A stretch of 64,000 nt of DNA, taken from the IMG/VR virus record IMGVR_UViG_3300035092_000015, positions 1 to 64,000 of that record; one strand, given 5' to 3'. The stretch is from a virus. The notes beneath the pieces are model-generated. The model had not been told where the DNA came from. It saw nothing but the letters and a program-made list of their open reading frames with translations, and did not search any database. Shown piece after piece: positions 56,078 through 64,000 of the stretch. Numbering within the stretch: the stretch's first letter is position 1; each line of letters begins with the position of its first letter. The position numbers and the translations under genes were made by a program.

Positions 56078-56923
56078 GTGACGTGGGGACCGGAGGAGGA
56101 GCGGGCACACCCGCGCGACGCTGAAGGCCGTTGGACTGACCGGCTCGATGCCCGGCTGCGTCGGCTGCCGGATTTTCCGGCCGATGGGACGCGGATGCAA
56201 GCATCCGAGATGGCGTACCGTAAACGCTGGCTGGACGAACACGGTCGGTACAGCGGGCTGGAGATCTGGCACCCGAACCAGGGCACTTGGGCGGACGCAG
56301 CCGACGCCTTCCCAAAGGGCCGCTCCTACGGGCCAGCTGACGAGGACGACCCGATGAAGGGTATCAAGCTGGACGACCCGTACGGGATCGGGATGGAGGC
56401 GCATTGGACCCCCTCCGCTCCGATCCACGTCCGCAGGAAACTCGAGCCGGTCCGCCGGGTCGACCAGACGCGGGAGAAACCCAACCCGAGGATGGAGTAC
56501 CTGCACGAGGAGACCGGCGTGTGGGTGCCAGGGGCTAGGCTTGACGTTGACCCTGACACGGGGATGTGGGATGCGTTCGGCAGCCCGTTCGGCTCGGGGA
56601 AGGTTGCCGAACGGCCGCACTACCCGCCGACGAACTTCGACAAGCAGACCGTCGCCTACGGGTTCACCCCGGAGGATCACGCGTTCAACGGGATGATCCG
56701 AACCATCCACCTGCAGGACGTGGTCGACCAGCCGTCTTACCTGCAGGGCGGGTACCAGATGCTCGGGCAGGACGGGCAGTGGCACACCCTGGAAGAGGCG
56801 TACCAGGTCTATCCGGAGCTTGAAGACTCGGATCTGTTCGAGTTGATCGCGGGGGATCTGCATTTCCCGGAGATCGAAGCGTCGTCGGAGTTGACGGTCC
56901 GCCGCACCCCGATGGACTACTGA
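56078..56923 (+). CDS. HPR-leader protein 2 with repeated beta domains
   Basis: MTWGPEEERAHPRDAEGRWTDRL. Confidence 0.7.
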   Translation: MTWGPEEERAHPRDAEGRWTDRLDARLRRLPDFPADGTRMQASEMAYRKRWLDEHGRYSGLEIWHPNQGTWADAADAFPKGRSYGPADEDDPMKGIKLDDPYGIGMEAHWTPSAPIHVRRKLEPVRRVDQTREKPNPRMEYLHEETGVWVPGARLDVDPDTGMWDAFGSPFGSGKVAERPHYPPTNFDKQTVAYGFTPEDHAFNGMIRTIHLQDVVDQPSYLQGGYQMLGQDGQWHTLEEAYQVYPELEDSDLFELIAGDLHFPEIEASSELTVRRTPMDY

Positions 56924-56934
56924 CAGGAGGAGAA

Positions 56935-57108
56935 ATGGCAACCTACGGAGCACCCCGGCAGGTGCCGGGCCGTAACAGTACCGGCCGCAGCCGCCAGACG
57001 AGCAGCGCGAAGCGTAAGGGGATGAAGGCGCTGCCGCCGCGACGGACCGGCGGGTCGAAGATGACCCGCGACGGGTCGAACCCGATGGCCCACGGCGGGA
57101 ACTGCTAA
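56935..57108 (+). CDS. 57-aa basic peptide (not in ORF track)
   Basis: AGGAGG RBS, MATYGAPRQ...KRKGMK...NPMAHGGNC. Confidence 0.65.
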   Translation: MATYGAPRQVPGRNSTGRSRQTSSAKRKGMKALPPRRTGGSKMTRDGSNPMAHGGNC

Positions 57109-57114
57109 GGAGAG

Positions 57115-57969
57115 ATGGCGATGCGCCGTTGGAACGAGAAGGACCACCCCCGCAACCCCGAGGACGGTAGGTTCCGGGACAAGATCGGCGGCGGCGGGTG
57201 GGCGCGGCGTATCTCCGACGCGATCGGGCGACGCCGAGGCGAGCGTGACCAACGCCGCGAAGACGCCCAGTACGAACGCGACCGGCGCGAACACATGCGC
57301 ACCCACCCTGGCGCGACTGCCCGGCAGGCGGCGATCCATGCGTCGATGCAGCAGTCGTTCCGCCGGGAGGAGCAGGCCAGGGCGGCGGGCGACACCGCGC
57401 GGGCGGACAAGCTGAAGGCCCAGGGGTTCGATTTCATGCAGTCGTACCACCAGCCTGACCCGGGTGGGCCGTCGCGGCTGTCCCGGATGGAGGACGGCAC
57501 CGGTTCGCGTGACCCCAGGCAGGTCGGTGGGCGTCCGATCGAGATCAACGGCCAGACGGTCGGGTACGAATCGACCGGGCCTGGGATCCGGGGCGTCAAC
57601 CAGGACGAGGAGGGGCTGCCCCGGGGTCGGCTCGAGCGGGAGTTCGCCGATGTGGTTAAGGCCGACGAGGCCGCCCACGTCGGGGCGTTGAACGAGTCGA
57701 AACACCAGATCATCACAACCTACGTCGATGACCTGTTCGAGGTCGCGGAGGACATCCAGAACGGGGTCTTCCAGCATGATTTCGAGGAGGACCCGGATCT
57801 GGAGGATCTGGTGAATGCGATGGCGGATGTGGTGATGGACCGGCCGGACAACTGGGGGGCGATGCAGTCGGCGGCGGAGCGGCTGCGCAAGTACATCATC
57901 CGCAGCGGCTATGCGAATGTGGCGAAGCTGCCGCGACGCCCGCCGGAGTCGACCTGGAGGAGGGACTAG
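57115..57969 (+). CDS. HPR-leader protein 3
   Basis: RRWNEKDHPRNPEDGRF...WARRISDAIG. Confidence 0.7.
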   Translation: MAMRRWNEKDHPRNPEDGRFRDKIGGGGWARRISDAIGRRRGERDQRREDAQYERDRREHMRTHPGATARQAAIHASMQQSFRREEQARAAGDTARADKLKAQGFDFMQSYHQPDPGGPSRLSRMEDGTGSRDPRQVGGRPIEINGQTVGYESTGPGIRGVNQDEEGLPRGRLEREFADVVKADEAAHVGALNESKHQIITTYVDDLFEVAEDIQNGVFQHDFEEDPDLEDLVNAMADVVMDRPDNWGAMQSAAERLRKYIIRSGYANVAKLPRRPPESTWRRD

Positions 57970-57972
57970 TTC

Positions 57973-58350
57973 GTGTCGTGGGGCCCGGACGACGAGCGCA
58001 ACCATCCACGCGACCCTGCGGGGCGGTGGGCGGAGAAACTGTCTGCCAGGATGATCCATCCGTTCGACGATTTGGACTACCCGGAACCCCGCCCACATGG
58101 GAACCGGTCGTTTGCTGGGGCGAAGATGGTCCCGGTGTCGGCGATGTTGCAACGGCTGGAGCTGTGGAGTGGGCAGGTCGATGTGTACGACCAGCGCAGC
58201 GACCGGTGGGTGAACCTGGGCGAGGTCCGGCCGGGCCGGGGTACCGACCGGGTGCAGTTTCGGGGCCGGGGTCCGGGTCCGGCGTTGTTCTCCCGGAATC
58301 GGACGGATAGCGTGATTGTCCGGAGGGCTACCGGACAAGCAGGGGCGTGA
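57973..58350 (+). CDS. HPR-leader protein 4
   Basis: MSWGPDDERNHPRDPAGRWAEKLS. Confidence 0.7.
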   Translation: MSWGPDDERNHPRDPAGRWAEKLSARMIHPFDDLDYPEPRPHGNRSFAGAKMVPVSAMLQRLELWSGQVDVYDQRSDRWVNLGEVRPGRGTDRVQFRGRGPGPALFSRNRTDSVIVRRATGQAGA

Positions 58351-58376
58351 CACATACGGTGTCACTCTGGTAGAAT
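58347..58376 (+). promoter_or_regulatory. Promoter with perfect operator palindrome
   Basis: GTGACA-N18-TAGAAT, with GTGACAC-ATACG-GTGTCAC. Confidence 0.7.
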
Positions 58377-58387
58377 GGGAGTATGCA

Positions 58388-58570
58388 ATGGCAGTCACCG
58401 TCAAACCCCTCGGGCGGGTCGGTAAGTACACCGCCCGAGGCCACCACGCCCACACCGCGATCGGCTACCTCAACAGCGGCGCCCCCCTCGCCCACGGCGG
58501 GAACTGGCGCGGCGGGGCAGCCGCACCCCGGGCCCGCCGTGGTGGCGGACGTCGACGCAGCAGCTACTGA
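58388..58570 (+). CDS. 60-aa Arg/Gly-rich basic peptide
   Basis: MAVTVKP...APLAHGGNW...RARRGGGRRRSSY, directly after promoter. Confidence 0.6.
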   Translation: MAVTVKPLGRVGKYTARGHHAHTAIGYLNSGAPLAHGGNWRGGAAAPRARRGGGRRRSSY

Positions 58571-58585
58571 CGCCAGGAGTCACGC

Positions 58586-59587
58586 GTGAGCCGCTGGAAC
58601 GAACGCGAACACCCCCGATGGCCCGCCGGTACACCAACCTCCGGGAACATCGGGGGTGGCCGGTTCGCCGGAGCACCCCGACCCGGTGTCCCATCGTCGG
58701 GCGGACACGCGTGGGCCGACCAACTGTCCGGGCAGATCGGACGGCGGATGCTCGACCTGGGCCGCGACCGAGGCGACGGCACCCGGACCGTCACCACCGA
58801 GCAGATGCTCGCCGCCCGCGCCTCGATCCGCCCCGGGATGTACGACTACCAGGACCGGTGGACCGGCGAGTGGCGTCCGCTGCACGGGGTTGACCCGCAC
58901 GGGGTCGCCGCAGCGCACGGGATGGCGCTGTCCAGCAGCCCAACCTCCGCACAGATCTACTGGGATCGGGTCCGGATCAAACCAGCCGGCCAGCCGGTCC
59001 AACCCCATGCCGAACCGACCCCCCGGATCGGCATCCCGCAGGGCGACGGGACCTACCTGATCACCGGGCAGGAGCTTGCCCAACACGGCGCCGAGCTTGA
59101 AGGCCGGATCGACTACATCCCGCGAGGGGGCGCCGGGGACTCGCGGCTCGAGCCGCGCGAGGTGGTGTTCATAGAGCCCGGCAAAGGCAGCGGGGTGTTC
59201 TTGGGCCAGTTCGGGTCCACCAGCCTGCTGCGCGGCGACAGCGAGGTGCTGATCAGCTACCACGGCGAACCGACCGACGACCAGCAGTTCTTCGAGATGC
59301 GGATGGCCACCGGGCTCGAGAGTGACGAGGACCCGGAGGATCTGTTCACCCACGACCGGCGTTACATCGGCAACATCGAGGTGCAGGACCCGCAGACCGG
59401 CCAGTGGGGTGTGTACCGGGGCGGGGAGTACGAGGAGGACGAGCTGACCGGGCAGGACGTGATCCACATCTGGGTCGGGGAGCCCGGCGGCGAGTCGAAG
59501 ATCGTCCTGCCGGACAACCCTCGTGGCGGGTATGGGCGGATCCGGATCCGGCCGATCTCTGGGCAGGCCGGGGGGGGTCCGCGATGA
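58586..59587 (+). CDS. HPR-leader protein 5
   Basis: MSRWNEREHPRWPAGTP...GGGRF...WADQLSGQIG. Confidence 0.7.
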   Translation: MSRWNEREHPRWPAGTPTSGNIGGGRFAGAPRPGVPSSGGHAWADQLSGQIGRRMLDLGRDRGDGTRTVTTEQMLAARASIRPGMYDYQDRWTGEWRPLHGVDPHGVAAAHGMALSSSPTSAQIYWDRVRIKPAGQPVQPHAEPTPRIGIPQGDGTYLITGQELAQHGAELEGRIDYIPRGGAGDSRLEPREVVFIEPGKGSGVFLGQFGSTSLLRGDSEVLISYHGEPTDDQQFFEMRMATGLESDEDPEDLFTHDRRYIGNIEVQDPQTGQWGVYRGGEYEEDELTGQDVIHIWVGEPGGESKIVLPDNPRGGYGRIRIRPISGQAGGGPR

Positions 59588-60456
59588 AGTGGGACGAGCG
59601 GAAACACCCCCGCGACCCGCGCGATGGGCAGTTCACCGAGTCGTGGGCCACGGCTATCTCCGACCGGATCGCCGGGGCGGTCGGCAGAGCAACGTCCAGC
59701 CCGAACCTGCCCCGGCTGCAGCCCGGCGGCGGGCTGCCCGCTGACACCCCTGCCGACGGGCGGGTCGACAAGATCGACGACCTGGTCGACGCTACCGCCC
59801 ACCTGGACGAAGGCGAGGGGTTCGGCAGGTTCGACGGCATCGAGTTCTACGTGGGAGATGTCGGCTGGGTCAACGCCGACGAGGCACGGGTGTTGCGCCT
59901 CGGCCTTGACGAGGCCCATCGCTCCCACATCATCCACCTGGACAACTCGGAGATGACCATCCCTGGCGGGCTGGGTGGCGCGGTCGACGTGAGTCTCGAG
60001 GGCAAAGTCCGGTGGCGCCACGCCGACATCCGGCCGGTGGACACCAGCCAACCGCCGAACCCCGGCTGGGAATACCTGGTCGACTTTTACGACGAGTCGG
60101 AGTGGATCGACGCCCCGCAGATCGATGCGGTCGATGGGGAGTGGGTGTACGACGCGGAGATCCTGACCGCTGTCCTCGGGGGCCGGCCGATGATCGACCC
60201 GCCCGAGATGGAAGGTCTGCACACCCACCCGCAGAAGACCACCGTCGGCGCCCGGTTGTTGGACGACCTGCCCGCCTGGACCGGCGGCGGGTACCAGATC
60301 TACAACCCCGACACCGGGACCTGGCACACGATCGAAGAGATCTACCAGGACGACCCGGATGAGGAGGAGATCGAACTGATCGCCGACGGGTACCACCTGC
60401 CGCACCTGGACACTTCGGACGAGATCGTCGTCCGTCCGATACCCGTAGGGGACTGA
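59584..60456 (+). CDS. HPR-leader protein 6
   Basis: MKWDERKHPRDPRDGQFTESWATAISDRI. Confidence 0.7.
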   Translation: MKWDERKHPRDPRDGQFTESWATAISDRIAGAVGRATSSPNLPRLQPGGGLPADTPADGRVDKIDDLVDATAHLDEGEGFGRFDGIEFYVGDVGWVNADEARVLRLGLDEAHRSHIIHLDNSEMTIPGGLGGAVDVSLEGKVRWRHADIRPVDTSQPPNPGWEYLVDFYDESEWIDAPQIDAVDGEWVYDAEILTAVLGGRPMIDPPEMEGLHTHPQKTTVGARLLDDLPAWTGGGYQIYNPDTGTWHTIEEIYQDDPDEEEIELIADGYHLPHLDTSDEIVVRPIPVGD

Positions 60457-60458
60457 CA

Positions 60459-61205
60459 ATGGCCCGCGATTGGCGTGAACAGGACCACCCACGCAACCCA
60501 GCCGACGGCCAGTTCGTCGACAAGGCCGGCGCCGGACGGTGGGCCAGCCGAATCTCCGACGCGATCGGGCAGATGCGAGGCGAGCCCGGCCGCAGCCGCC
60601 GCCAGCGCACAGCCGGTGCCGCCAACGCTGACCCCGCCCCGGGTGAAGTCCGGGCAGCGCTGCACGGGCTGGTGCGCGACTCGGACCTGGCAGCCCTGAA
60701 CGACGACATGATCCGGGAGGCGATCGAGCAGGCCAAAGTGGATGTCGGAACGAACCCGCTGCGGGGCGGGATGACGTTCGATCGGTTTGTCGTGGACCAG
60801 ATGCAGCAGTACCTGTCCAATCAACACCCGGACGAGATCTGGCCGCATCTGGCGGAGGTCACCGCCCGCCGCGAGGCTGTGCTCGAGGCGTTCAACCCTG
60901 AGGCGGCGTTCCGCAGCAAATACGCCGCGCTGCTGACCGAACTGGTCCCCGGCATCAGCCAAGCCAGCATCGACGACGCCGCCCAGGACCACCTCAAGTA
61001 CGCCAGGGCGGGGCTGCAAGCCCCGATCACTGATGAAGATCTGGACTGGGGTCTCGCCTCCTACATCTCGCTGCTGGACGGCGACTCGATCATGAACGTC
61101 TACGACGCGCTGATGGAGTTGCAACAGCGGACCGGCCGGAGCTTCCCGAACACGATCGACGCCATCGACGAGATGGGGCTGCTCGACGACGAGGAGGATT
61201 ACTGA
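60459..61205 (+). CDS. HPR-leader protein 7 (helical, acidic)
   Basis: MARDWREQDHPRNPADGQF...RWASRISDAIG. Confidence 0.7.
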   Translation: MARDWREQDHPRNPADGQFVDKAGAGRWASRISDAIGQMRGEPGRSRRQRTAGAANADPAPGEVRAALHGLVRDSDLAALNDDMIREAIEQAKVDVGTNPLRGGMTFDRFVVDQMQQYLSNQHPDEIWPHLAEVTARREAVLEAFNPEAAFRSKYAALLTELVPGISQASIDDAAQDHLKYARAGLQAPITDEDLDWGLASYISLLDGDSIMNVYDALMELQQRTGRSFPNTIDAIDEMGLLDDEEDY

Positions 61206-61429
61206 TGGTGTACAAGGCGAACAAGACCTTCCGACGCCAGGTAGGCCGGGGCGTCCGGGCGTTGGGCCGCGCCATCGCCGCCGGGATCCGGCTGACCCGG
61301 CAGAAACGGCTCCAACGGATCCGCACCGGCGAACTGCAAGGATCGGTCCCGCGCCGGCACAGCCGCGCCCGGGGCCGTGTCACAGCCACCCGCCACGGGA
61401 TCCGCACCGCCCGCCGCAAACGCCGCTAG
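61205..61429 (+). CDS. 74-aa protamine-like Arg-rich peptide
   Basis: GAGGAGG RBS, TGATG coupling, very Arg-rich with a single acidic residue. Confidence 0.6.
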   Translation: MVYKANKTFRRQVGRGVRALGRAIAAGIRLTRQKRLQRIRTGELQGSVPRRHSRARGRVTATRHGIRTARRKRR

Positions 61430-61437
61430 GAGTCGAG

Positions 61438-64000
61438 ATGGCACGACGCCGGTACGGGATGCACCCCGGGGATGACGACCAACCCCGCTGGCCCGAAGGC
61501 ACCCCGGTCCGCCCGGATGGGCACGGGCCGGGTGGTGGGCGTTTCCGTGGCACCGGCGATGTCGGCGGGGCTGATGTTGGCGACCTCGTGTCCGGGCTGC
61601 AGGGGGCGTCTAGCCGGCCGTGGTACGAGACCGCAGCGGGGCAGATCGCGCAACAGCGCGGCGGTGGGCACCCGAGGGTGGCGTACAACCTGGCTGTGAT
61701 CAACGCCGCCCAGGCGCAGTACAACGAGAACCGGGGCGACGGGTTCCACGACGAACAGCTGCCGCAGCTGATCGGGCAGTACAACGTCGCGGAGGCGCAG
61801 GGCAACCCGGCTGGGCAGGATGTCGCGGTCGACCAACTCCGGTTGTGGATCGACTCGCATTACCCGGAGCAGTGGGCTGGTGCTCTGCCGGCGCGGGTGG
61901 AGGCCAGGGAGGCGCCTCGGGCGGCGGACCAGGACCAACGTAACAGCGCTGCCTTGGATCTGGCCCGGACAGCCCAGGCGAATATCGAGGTGAACACCGG
62001 CGACCCGGATGATGCTCTGGCGATCCGGATCGAAGCACTCGAGCGGCACCTCGGGCGGACTGGGCATCGGGTGGAGGCGGATCGGGAGGCAGCTGCTCTG
62101 CGCCGATATATGGACCACGAGATGGACCAGGAGGCGGCGTCGCCGCCGGGCACTGCGGTGATGCATGCCCGGCTCGAGGCGTCTCGACCGTCGGGCGAGG
62201 GTCAAGAGCTACGGGCGAGCGAGATCGCTCTGCAGTACATGTCGGGCAGGCCGCTCGAGTTGAACCTGCTCGACGGGCGCGGCTGGGGCCGGATCACCGA
62301 TTACAGTGAAGAGAGCGGCGGGACCGAGCACCGGTTCGAGCTACAGTACGAAGACGGCGGCGGCGACGAGATCTTCATGGGGTCGACCGATCGGTTGATC
62401 GCCCGACGTGTACCCGGCAGCCTCCCCGATCAGGCCCAGCAGCCGGAGATGGACCACGACCGGAACCTGCGACTGGTCAACGCGATGGAAACCCCCGAAG
62501 GTGGCGAGGTCACCGCTGCTGAACTGCTTGAGCTGGTCGGCAACGGGCACCGGCTGGAGGTCCTGGGCCGGCACGGGTGGGATCGAGTTGAGACGGTCGA
62601 CGTTTCCGGCGAGGGCGACCATTTCATCTACTTGGAGAACGACCCGGAGCCGATCTCGATGTCGCCGGAGGGTCGGGTGGCGATCCGATTCCCCCAGACA
62701 CCCGAGCCGGCCACGGCCAGTACCGGTCTCAGTCTCGGCGGGAACCCTCTCACCGATCGCGACGCGTGGAACCGGCTCGTCGTACACCTGGCCCGCCAGC
62801 ACAACGACAACCGCGCACGCGACGGGCTGGGCCGCGACGAGGTCATGGACCAGATGGTCGCCGACATCGAACACCCCGACGTCACCGACGTGCAGGGGGT
62901 GGCGGACAGCAACGCGGAGGTCCTGCGGCAACGGCTGGAGCGGATGTACCGGGCATCGATCATCGACCCACCAACCCGCCGCGCCGAGCCGCAGTTCACC
63001 ATCCCCGAGACTGGGGTCATCTCCGCCGCCGAGGACGTGAACCGCGTCCGCCGGGTGACGGGCCAGGCGGAGGACGCCCACCTCGCCGATATGCTGCGGG
63101 TGGTGCGGGGTGAACTCCCGGGCGACCCTCACGGCATGGTGGCGGCGATGCGGCAGCGGCTGCAGCAGATCCACGGCGTGACCGTTCCTGGCGGCGACGA
63201 TCTGGAGGCCCTGAACGACCGCGACCTGCGCGACCTCGGCATCGAATACGACATCGCCGTCCCCGCACCGCCGCTGGCCCCCGACTACCGCGCCGACCTG
63301 ATCGCCCGCATCCGCTACCGGCAACAGGCCGACGCCAACCGTGGAGTCTCACGGGCTGCCGCCCATAGCAACGTCAACTGGGCCGACACCCACATCAGCC
63401 ACCAACGCCCCAGGTTCTACCGCCAAGCGGTCGACGACTACCAGATGCCGTTGCAGATCCGCGACGCGCAGGGCCAATGGCGCACCGTCACCTCGATCGG
63501 CTACCCCACCAACGGGCAGTACGAGATCACCCACGACGGACCAACCGGCCACACGTTCGTCCCTGAGAACCACACGATCACCGCCCGGTTCGGGTCGGAC
63601 CGCAGTGGCACCACGAACCAGGACCGGCAGCGGTTCAACCAGCAGGTCGCGGTGGTCGCCGAGTCGATGCTCGAACAGGTGGCTCCGGAGGACCGGGCGG
63701 ACGACGAAGGCTACACCCGGCTGCGCGCCGCACTCGACAGCTACAACGACACCACCTCCAACCCGAACGACCAGGAGTCGATCGACTCGGCGGTGGACGA
63801 TTTGGTGAACGAACTGGCCGACTGGGATATCTACTTCGACGTCCCGCCGTACCAGGACTACGACAGCGGCGGGCCCAGCTACCTGCCGCCGAGCCGGTAC
63901 AACGGCGGGGTCTACACCGGGGACGACGAAGAAGACGACTACTACGACCAGCCGGCAATCCCCGAGATCTACGGCAACACGCTCGCCGCCGCGATAAGCC
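61438..64000 (+). CDS. Large acidic multidomain QPR-leader protein (>850 aa, runs off window, absent from ORF track)
   Basis: AGGAG RBS. MARRRYGMHPGDDDQPRWPEGTP...GGGRFRG, with the frame appearing open to the window end. Confidence 0.75.
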   Translation, partial: MARRRYGMHPGDDDQPRWPEGTPVRPDGHGPGGGRFRGTGDVGGADVGDLVSGLQGASSRPWYETAAGQIAQQRGGGHPRVAYNLAVINAAQAQYNENRGDGFHDEQLPQLIGQYNVAEAQGNPAGQDVAVDQLRLWIDSHYPEQWAGALPARVEAREAPRAADQDQRNSAALDLARTAQANIEVNTGDPDDALAIRIEALERHLGRTGHRVEADREAAALRRYMDHEMDQEAASPPGTAVMHARLEASRPSGEGQELRASEIALQYMSGRPLELNLLDGRGWGRITDYSEESGGTEHRFELQYEDGGGDEIFMGSTDRLIARRVPGSLPDQAQQPEMDHDRNLRLVNAMETPEGGEVTAAELLELVGNGHRLEVLGRHGWDRVETVDVSGEGDHFIYLENDPEPISMSPEGRVAIRFPQTPEPATASTGLSLGGNPLTDRDAWNRLVVHLARQHNDNRARDGLGRDEVMDQMVADIEHPDVTDVQGVADSNAEVLRQRLERMYRASIIDPPTRRAEPQFTIPETGVISAAEDVNRVRRVTGQAEDAHLADMLRVVRGELPGDPHGMVAAMRQRLQQIHGVTVPGGDDLEALNDRDLRDLGIEYDIAVPAPPLAPDYRADLIARIRYRQQADANRGVSRAAAHSNVNWADTHISHQRPRFYRQAVDDYQMPLQIRDAQGQWRTVTSIGYPTNGQYEITHDGPTGHTFVPENHTITARFGSDRSGTTNQDRQRFNQQVAVVAESMLEQVAPEDRADDEGYTRLRAALDSYNDTTSNPNDQESIDSAVDDLVNELADWDIYFDVPPYQDYDSGGPSYLPPSRYNGGVYTGDDEEDDYYDQPAIPEIYGNTLAAAIS

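Noticed and set aside
55601-61205. DNA-level repeat array or DGR-type variable repeats
   Set aside because: Similarity is at the peptide level with synonymous divergence, and no reverse transcriptase or template repeat is visible.
61438-64000. Intein or MuF domain in the large terminal ORF
   Set aside because: No intein C1/HN-C motifs or MuF HPNCRC-type motif is seen in the visible part. The remainder lies outside the window.

Overview
This window is a large part of a high-GC tailed actinobacteriophage genome. DUF397, FxSxx-COOH and boxA-like features suggest a filamentous actinomycete host. It opens inside the tape-measure gene and passes through minor tail and lysis genes (1-9.5 kb). Accessory early operons, driven by a recurring promoter family with an embedded TGACAC-N5-GTGTCA palindrome, are followed by a leftward arm with a glycan-synthesis cluster (4 glycosyltransferases, epimerase, methyltransferase) that contains an FxSxx-COOH RiPP-like peptide, plus RuvC, DnaQ and recombination genes. 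A rightward arm carries a probable 2-aminoadenine (Z) pathway (PurZ0-like synthetase, Nmad1/MazG-like protein, NDT-dUTPase fusion and, unusually, a phage PurB), a primase-helicase, tandem DUF397 genes, a zeta toxin and a CUA-anticodon tRNA. The window ends with terminase, portal and an array of proteins sharing a short N-terminal W-x-E-x-x-(H/Q)PR...G(R/Q)(W/F)...WA-x-x-(L/I)S leader, interleaved with tiny Arg-rich peptides. The same leader is fused to a zeta kinase and an ADP-ribosyltransferase-like domain, which suggests a modular capsid-cargo system. No integrase, DNA polymerase or major capsid gene is recognisable in the window. All family assignments come from motif recognition by eye, not from database searches.
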